Of a stretch of DNA of 64,000 bases, positions 57,608 through 64,000 are shown in pieces (position 1 is the first letter of the stretch; each line of letters begins with the position of its first letter). A program made the position numbers and the translations under genes. The DNA is taken from contig CAVWHX010000007.1 of NCBI GenBank assembly GCA_963754925.1, forward strand, positions 32,001 to 96,000, read 5' to 3'. Below the pieces are notes generated by a model. The model had not been told where the DNA came from, made no database searches, and saw only the letters and a program-made list of their open reading frames with translations. The stretch comes from an uncultured delta proteobacterium. GTDB taxonomy: Bacteria > Myxococcota > B64-G9.

Positions 57608-59012
57608 TCAATTACTACTCGACTTACCGACACTTGCAATTATCTCCAGGTACGTTGATGCATGTGTCGGAGCCGAATTAAAGATCCATCACGGCGACCG
57701 TGTCATTTTCAAAGCAGGTAAACAACGCCCAATGAATATTATCACTATCTCGATCAAAGAAGCCCATATCAAAGGGGCCGTTGCAAACATCGTGAACATC
57801 TTTGACTTGGATTAACCGTTTGGTGTCGCCGTCAATAATATAGATCAGGTCCTCAAGGGGGAAGGTGACGAAAAATAGGTTATTGTATGGGTTATTGTAT
57901 CGGCGCACAAGAGATGGATTCGGACCAAGCGCCACACTCCCCAAATAGGCATAAGAGTTGTTCGTATCAAGAAACAACAGCATATTTGGGTTGAGGACCA
58001 CCGCGGCTAATTCAGACCCGTCTTGGTTTACCTCCAACCCAACAGTCTCGGTGCCGAGGAGAACATTATACAGGGGTATGGTTGTACTTTCGCCCGCTGG
58101 AGGTGCGAAATAAAAAATATTGTCGGTTATGGTAGTCGTTTCCGAGCCGAGGCTGGTCACGTAATTCTCGGTTATGGAAGTCGTTTTCGGGCCGAGGCTG
58201 CTCATGTATATGGTGTTGTTGCTCGGGGAGTACACCAGATCGTTTATTCCCATATCCCCGGTAGCAGGTCCAAGTGATTTGTCCACCGGGGAGGAAGTTG
58301 TCTCTCGGTCAGGGATCTTGGCAATACTGAGCGTTCCGCTGCGTAAAAACGAAACATACGCCCACCACTTATAATTATTGTCTTGTGTTGTTTGTTGATC
58401 TAAAAGAACCACGTCAAAAGGATCAAACTGCAGATCTGCATTATACTGCGGAGAATTCTTACCAAGCTCGACAACATACCGGTCGCCACTACAAAACGGA
58501 AATTTCTTGTTTTTATCGGCAGGAGTATCGGAACAGGACAAATTGAGAACCGGCAGCTGCCCGGAAGTATCAACCGTGAGATCGACTAACACCAACTGGT
58601 TGGTTTCTCGAATCGTCACTGCCGCGAGTGTGCCGTCAGAGGAAATAGCCATCCTGCCTGCAAAGTTGTCAAGCGACACCGCTCCCCAATCGTCATGGAT
58701 CAAATCGATATAATCGTTGGGTATTTGGCCGTTTTCGTCAGGAATAACACTATATCCATTTTGGTTAAGACTTGACGCCAAGCTGTTCAGGTCGATCACC
58801 CGTAACGAACCACTCTGATAGGTAAGATCATCGTTGGAACTCGCGACCAGAACAAACCCATCCGGATGAACCGCGATCCCGGTCGGAAATTGAAATGCTT
58901 GGCCAGGAAGCGGTTTACCCAGGCGGTCTCTGTTGCAGGCGGTCAGGCCCACCCCGAGCGCAGCTATCAAGATCAACGTTACCGTATACCAATAGTATGG
59001 GCGGTCAGACAC
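57608..59012 (-). CDS. Beta-propeller lipoprotein; probable +1 frameshift near 57680 truncating the called ORF
   Basis: Lipobox LTAC, FPTGIAVHPDG…SNDDL.Y.SG, GPFDMGF. Removing one T extends it by NSAPTHASTYLEIIASVGKSSSN* to 57608, next to the downstream RBS. Confidence 0.7.
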
Positions 59013-59030
59013 TCACGCTCTCCGATCAAG

Positions 59031-61998
59031 TTATCTTCGACCTTTTTTTGTCGGCTTTTTCACGCGTCTCTTTTTTGAAGGTTTGGCAGCCGATTTCTTA
59101 ACAATTTTCTTGGCGGCTTTCTTCCCTGTTTTCTTTACGGCTTTTTTCATCGGCCTTTTCTTCGCGGCCATTTTTTTGGCTTTTACGGGTTTTCTCGCCG
59201 CCACCTTCGCTCTCACCGCCTTTACGACGTTACCTTTGGCAGGCTGCTTCTTGGCGGCAGCTTCTTCAAGAGCCGCCTGAGCTGCGGCAAGCCGCGCTAT
59301 CGGCACCCGGAACGGCGAACACGAAACGTAATCCAGCCCGGTCTTATGGCAGAAATGAATTGTCCGCGGATCGCCGCCATGCTCGCCACAGATACCGATA
59401 CTAAGATCCTTACGGGCGGCGCGTCCATCCGCAACGCCCATGGCCACCAGTTTACCGACCCCATTGACATCTATGGTCTGGAAGGGATCGTCTTCCAAAA
59501 TGCCCTTGGCGTAATAATCCCGTAAGAACACCCCGGCATCGTCGCGGCTCATGCCGAGAGTGGTTTGGGTCAAATCATTGGTGCCGTATGAGAAGAACTC
59601 CGCCACCGTGGCAATCTCTGCGGCGACCAGAGCGGCGCGCGGCAGCTCGATCATGGTGCCCACCTTGTACGGCACCTGGATGCCCTGTTCGGCAAATACT
59701 TCGGCGGCAACCTTTCGCACCACCGCGGCTTGGTGTTTCAGTTCACTGAGATAGCCTACCAAGGGAATCATGATCTCAGGGTGCGGGGTGAAACCGGCCT
59801 CTTTCTTGACCTGGCAGGCGGCCTCAATAATCGCCCGGGCCTGCATGGCGGTGATCTCAGGATAGGTGATCCCCAACCGACAGCCGCGGTGACCCAGCAT
59901 GGGGTTGGTCTCATGCAGATCGCGCGCCTTGGCCCGTAGACGTTCCTCGTTTTCGCGAATACGTTCTTCGGTATCAGCACCCATGAGCACAGCCACTTCG
60001 CGGACGCCTTTCGGATCCTGCGGTATAAACTCGTGCAGCGGCGGATCCAGGGTGCGGATGGTGACCGGACGGTTTTGCATGGCCAGCAGGATGCCCTTGA
60101 AATCCTCGCGCTGCAGCGGCAGTAATTTAGCCAATGCCTTCTCGCGCGCCTCGGTGTCCTCCGCCAAGATCATTTCCCGCATCGGGCCGATCTTGCCCTC
60201 GCCGAAAAACATATGCTCAGTGCGGCATAACCCGATGCCCTCGGCCCCAAACGCCACCGCCTGGGCGGCCTGATCGGGTTGATCGGCGTTGGTATGGATG
60301 TGCAGCCGCCGTAAGGTATCGGCCCACTGCATAAGCTTCGCGTACTGCTGATAGAGCAGCGATTCCTCGGGTTTGAGCGTTTTTTCGATCAGCACCTGAA
60401 CGACTTCCGAGGGGATAGTGCGCAACCGGCCTTCCATTACCTCCCCGGTGGTGCCATCGATTGACAACCAGTCGCCCTCTTTTATGGTCACGGTGCCAAC
60501 GCGCATCGCGCGCGCTTTATAATCAATTTTGAGATCTCCACAACCGGCCACGCACACCTTACCCATTTGGCGTGCCACCAGCGCGGCGTGGGAGGTCATA
60601 CCGCCGCGCGCGGTCAGAATGCCCACCGCGGCGTTCATGCCCTTGATGTCCTCGGGGGAGGTCTCGATGCGAACCAGGAGAACCTGCTCACCCCGACTGG
60701 CCCAGGCTTCGGCGTCTTCGGCGTTAAACACCACCCGACCCGAGGCCGCCCCGGGACCCGCGTTCAACCCCTTGGTAAGCCGACGTCGTTGCGTCTCGGC
60801 ATGCTGCTTGTCGCGCGTGTCGAAAACCGGGCGCAGCAATTGGTTGAGTGCGTCGGGCGGAACACGCGCGACGGCTTCAGCCTCCTTGATCAATCCCTCC
60901 TTCACCATATCGACGGCGATGCGTACTTCGGCAAAACCGGTTCTTTTACCGGTTCGGGTCTGCAGCATCCACAGCTTGCCGCGTTGGATGGTGAACTCCA
61001 TATCCTGCATGTTGCGGAAGTGCTTTTCCAACCGTCGCGAAACGCCGTCGAGTTGTTGGTACATGGCCTCGTCAGTCGTGCGAAGCTCGGCGATCGGCCG
61101 CGGGGTGCGGATGCCGGCCACCACGTCCTCGCCCTGGGCGTTCATCAAATACTCGCCGTACAGGCGGTTGTCGCCGCTTGCAGGGTCGCGGCTGAACATT
61201 ACCCCGGTCCCCGAATCATCGCCCAAATTGCCAAATACCATCGCCTGCACATTGACCGCCGTGCCCCAATCGCTCGAAATGCCGTTCAGCGCCCGATAGG
61301 CTTTGGCCCGTTCGTTCTCCCACGAACCGAAAACAGCGCCGATAGCGCCCCAGAGCTGATCCCACGGATCTTCCGGAAAATCATGGCTCGCGCGCTGGCG
61401 AATGGTTTCCTTAAACAGCCGCACCAAGGCTTTGAGCGCGTTGGTATCGAGATCGCTGTCGAAGCGAGCGCCCACCTCGCGCTTCGTGCGGTCGAGGATC
61501 TCCTCGAACGGATCCACATCGTCTTTAGTTTCCGGTTTGAGTCCCAACACGACGTCGCCGTACATCTGGACGAATCGCCGGTAGGCGTCGTAGGCAAAGC
61601 GGGCGTTGCCGGTCTGCCGTGCAAGCGCCTCGACGGTTCTATCATTGAGCCCTAAATTTAAGAACGGTATCCATCATCCCGGGCATGCTCACCCGGGCGC
61701 CGGACCGAACCGACAACAGGAGCGGATTGACCGTGTCGCCGAAGATGGCACCCATCGCACGTTCGATCTTACTCAGCGCGGCTTGGACAGCTCCCTTGAG
61801 CGTGCGGGGATAGGTGCGATTATTCTTGTAGAATTCGGTGCACACGTCGGTGGTGATGGTAAATCCTGCCGGCACCGGAATGCCCAGTCGATTCATCTCG
61901 GCCAGTCCGGCGCCTTTGCCGCCGAGCAGGTTTTTCATTGAACCATCGCCGTCTGCCGTTCCGTCCCCAAAGAAGTACACCATCTTCATTGCCACCAT
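59031..61998 (-). CDS. ppdK: Pyruvate, phosphate dikinase, +1 frameshift near 61658, with Lys-rich C-terminal extension
   Basis: [72 protein letters not shown]. Confidence 0.96.
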
Positions 61999-62031
61999 GT
62001 CATCCCTCCGTATGAAAGGTACTCGGTTGCA

Positions 62032-63999
62032 TCATGCCGAATCTCGGGTCTGAAGCTTGGTAAAGTCAGCGACGCGGTTAAACAAGCCCGCGAGCTTACT
62101 GAGCAGTGCTTTACGGTTGCTCTGGCGCGCCGGATCCTTCGGATCATTGACCAACACCTGCTCAAAGAAACGATCGACCGGCCCCCGCAGGCGCTCGCCG
62201 AGGAGCGCCAAGGTCTCGGAAAAACGACCCTCGGCCACCAACTCCTCAAAACGAGGCGCGATCTCTAAATACACCTGGTGGAGCTCCTTCTCCTCAGCCT
62301 GGGAGAGAAGCCACGGATCGAGCTCCGCACCCTCAAACCCTTTGAGGATATTGACGACGCGCTTAAACGCCACCACCAGGTTTTCAAACGCGGGCTGCCG
62401 GGCGAAATCGGCGAGCGCCTTGATCCGCAACCAACTTTCGGTGATGTCATCGATGCCGGTTGCGAGCACCGCCTCAACTACGTCGTTCGGAGCCTCCTCG
62501 GCAAAGCGCTGGCGTAGTCTGCCGGCAACGAAAGCCTCTAAATCGGCCAAAATCTCACCCTCGAATCCCGCCGCTAACGGTTTCTCGCTCTTAGCCACAG
62601 GCGCACCGGGTTTGTTTTTGCGGGCAGCCGCGGCCGCCTTGGCTTCAGCCCGCCGAAGCTGAGAAGCTTCCACTTTGTCCCGCACGCCGATGAGAGCGTG
62701 ACGCAGCAGCCAACCGACTGAGATTCGGTAACCACGCGCCAGAATAATCGATATCACCCCGAGACACGCCCGCCGTAACGCATAGGGATCGGTGCCCCCG
62801 GTCGGACGCAATCCCACCCCAAAGCACCCAACCAAGGTGTCGAGGCGATCGGTCAGAGACAGCATCGCGCCCAGATCCGTGGCCGGCAGTTGATCGCCGG
62901 AAAAACGCGGATAGTATTGTTCGCGAATGGCCGTCGCAACACACTCTTCCTCATTGGAGGCCAGCGCATACACCCCACCCATCTCACCTTGGAGCTCAGG
63001 AAACTCGCCGACCATATCGGTCAGGAGATCGGTCTTTGCAAGCAAAGCCGCCCGGGCGACCTGCCAACTGAAGCGTTCTTTGGCGTCGGTGACCCGATCG
63101 AGTTTTACGGTAAGCGCATCCACCACGCGCGCGAGTTTATCCAAGACCCCAAAACCGAGTTGGAATGAAATAGCCACGGCCAGGGAAGATACCCGCACCG
63201 CCTTGTCGTAGTACGAGCCCAAATCGGTCTGGAAAATCATATTCTGCAATCGGGGCACTCGTTCAACCGGCGAGATTTGACGATCGGTATCAAAGAAGAA
63301 ACGAGCGTCACTTAAGCGCGCCGCGAGCACTCGTTCGTTGCCGTGTCGCACCACGGATAGATCTCGTACCGGCGTGTTGCCGATAGCGATGAAAGCATTC
63401 TGGAGCGCACCATCCGCACGCTCGATGGAAAAGTACCGTTGATGGTTGCGCATGGCGGCTATGAGCACCCGCCGCGGCAGATCAAGGAACTTTTCGTCAA
63501 AATGTCCCCTTAAGGGTACCGGATATTCAATCAAAAAGGTTATTTCTTCTTCCAGCCCTTCGTCGACCACGATGCGCCCGCCGGCGTCTGCCGCGAGCTT
63601 GGCAACTCCCTCCGCTATCAACCGTCGACGCTCCTCGGGATCAATCAGAACATGTACCTCGCGCAGGAGATCGACGTAGGCTCCGGGGTGCGGGACGTCG
63701 AATTCGGCCGAGGCGGCGAATCGATGTCCGCGACTACGGCGATCGCTTTTAGCCCCGGCGAACTCGAAGGAAACTATCTCCGTGTCGAGTAACGCCACCA
63801 ACCAGTGAACCGGCCGGACGAATGCATTCTCACCCTGTCCCCAACGCATGGTCTTGGGAAACGCTGTTTCGGCAAGCAGGTTGTGCAGCACCTGAGGTAG
63901 CACCTGGCTGGTCGGTTTGCCCTGAATGCGGCGCCGTACGCCGATACATTTTCCGCGGGGGGTATCCAGTTGCGTGAGTGAATCGGGCGTGAGTCCCTT
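62032..63999 (-). CDS. glyS: Glycine--tRNA ligase beta subunit, 5' partial
   Basis: FPKTMRWG…FVRPVHW, HQRYF, GNERVLAARLSDARFFF, MVGEFPELQG, DPYALRR, C-terminal anticodon-binding region. Frame is open to the window end. Confidence 0.96.
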   Translation of the reverse strand, partial: KGLTPDSLTQLDTPRGKCIGVRRRIQGKPTSQVLPQVLHNLLAETAFPKTMRWGQGENAFVRPVHWLVALLDTEIVSFEFAGAKSDRRSRGHRFAASAEFDVPHPGAYVDLLREVHVLIDPEERRRLIAEGVAKLAADAGGRIVVDEGLEEEITFLIEYPVPLRGHFDEKFLDLPRRVLIAAMRNHQRYFSIERADGALQNAFIAIGNTPVRDLSVVRHGNERVLAARLSDARFFFDTDRQISPVERVPRLQNMIFQTDLGSYYDKAVRVSSLAVAISFQLGFGVLDKLARVVDALTVKLDRVTDAKERFSWQVARAALLAKTDLLTDMVGEFPELQGEMGGVYALASNEEECVATAIREQYYPRFSGDQLPATDLGAMLSLTDRLDTLVGCFGVGLRPTGGTDPYALRRACLGVISIILARGYRISVGWLLRHALIGVRDKVEASQLRRAEAKAAAAARKNKPGAPVAKSEKPLAAGFEGEILADLEAFVAGRLRQRFAEEAPNDVVEAVLATGIDDITESWLRIKALADFARQPAFENLVVAFKRVVNILKGFEGAELDPWLLSQAEEKELHQVYLEIAPRFEELVAEGRFSETLALLGERLRGPVDRFFEQVLVNDPKDPARQSNRKALLSKLAGLFNRVADFTKLQTRDSA

Positions 64000-64000
64000 G

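Noticed and set aside
60529..61655. Long antisense ORFs opposite ppdK (and opposite ftsH, the kinase and the TPR genes)
   Set aside because: Shadow ORFs expected from high-GC codon bias, with no recognisable motifs.
1..64000. tRNA, rRNA, prophage or integrase genes
   Set aside because: No cloverleaf/T-loop signature, rRNA-like stretch, or phage/integrase motif recognised by eye. tRNAscan-SE and Rfam scans would be needed to exclude small RNAs.

Overview
Gene-dense bacterial chromosome segment that looks Myxococcota/deltaproteobacterial. This is inferred from the PEGA-domain Ser/Thr kinases, DUF4388-DnaJ-TPR, FHA-GGDEF, Glt-like TPR/OMP cluster and a Myxococcus-type LexA box. Housekeeping genes are ftsH, tilS, rne, glpD, miaA, mutL, ppdK and glyS (partial). 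Accessory content: (1) a three-gene glycyl-radical-enzyme cassette (GRE, activase, tandem PNPOx-like flavoprotein) wedged between tilS and ftsH; (2) a family of ~53-57 bp two-hairpin elements bounded by YTAG, with compensatory stem changes, seen as a 9-unit array at 10238-10705 (one unit nested in another), an inverted pair at 38356-38476 that supplies two stop codons and the MiaA C-terminus, and a copy nested in a dRS3-like repeat at 41282-41419; (3) a 10 kb GltC/D/E/F-like cluster with DUF3570 and two beta-barrel genes but no motor genes; (4) an IS481-like element with a 17-bp flanking direct repeat and a structured leader; (5) an SOS-boxed, apparently leaderless radical SAM gene ending in a beta-clamp motif; (6) PPDK with a 76-aa histone-H1-like tail. 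About 8-9 single-base frameshifts, including one in ftsH, most likely reflect long-read assembly errors. No rRNA, tRNA or true CRISPR array was recognised. All family calls are by-eye motif recognition, not database searches.
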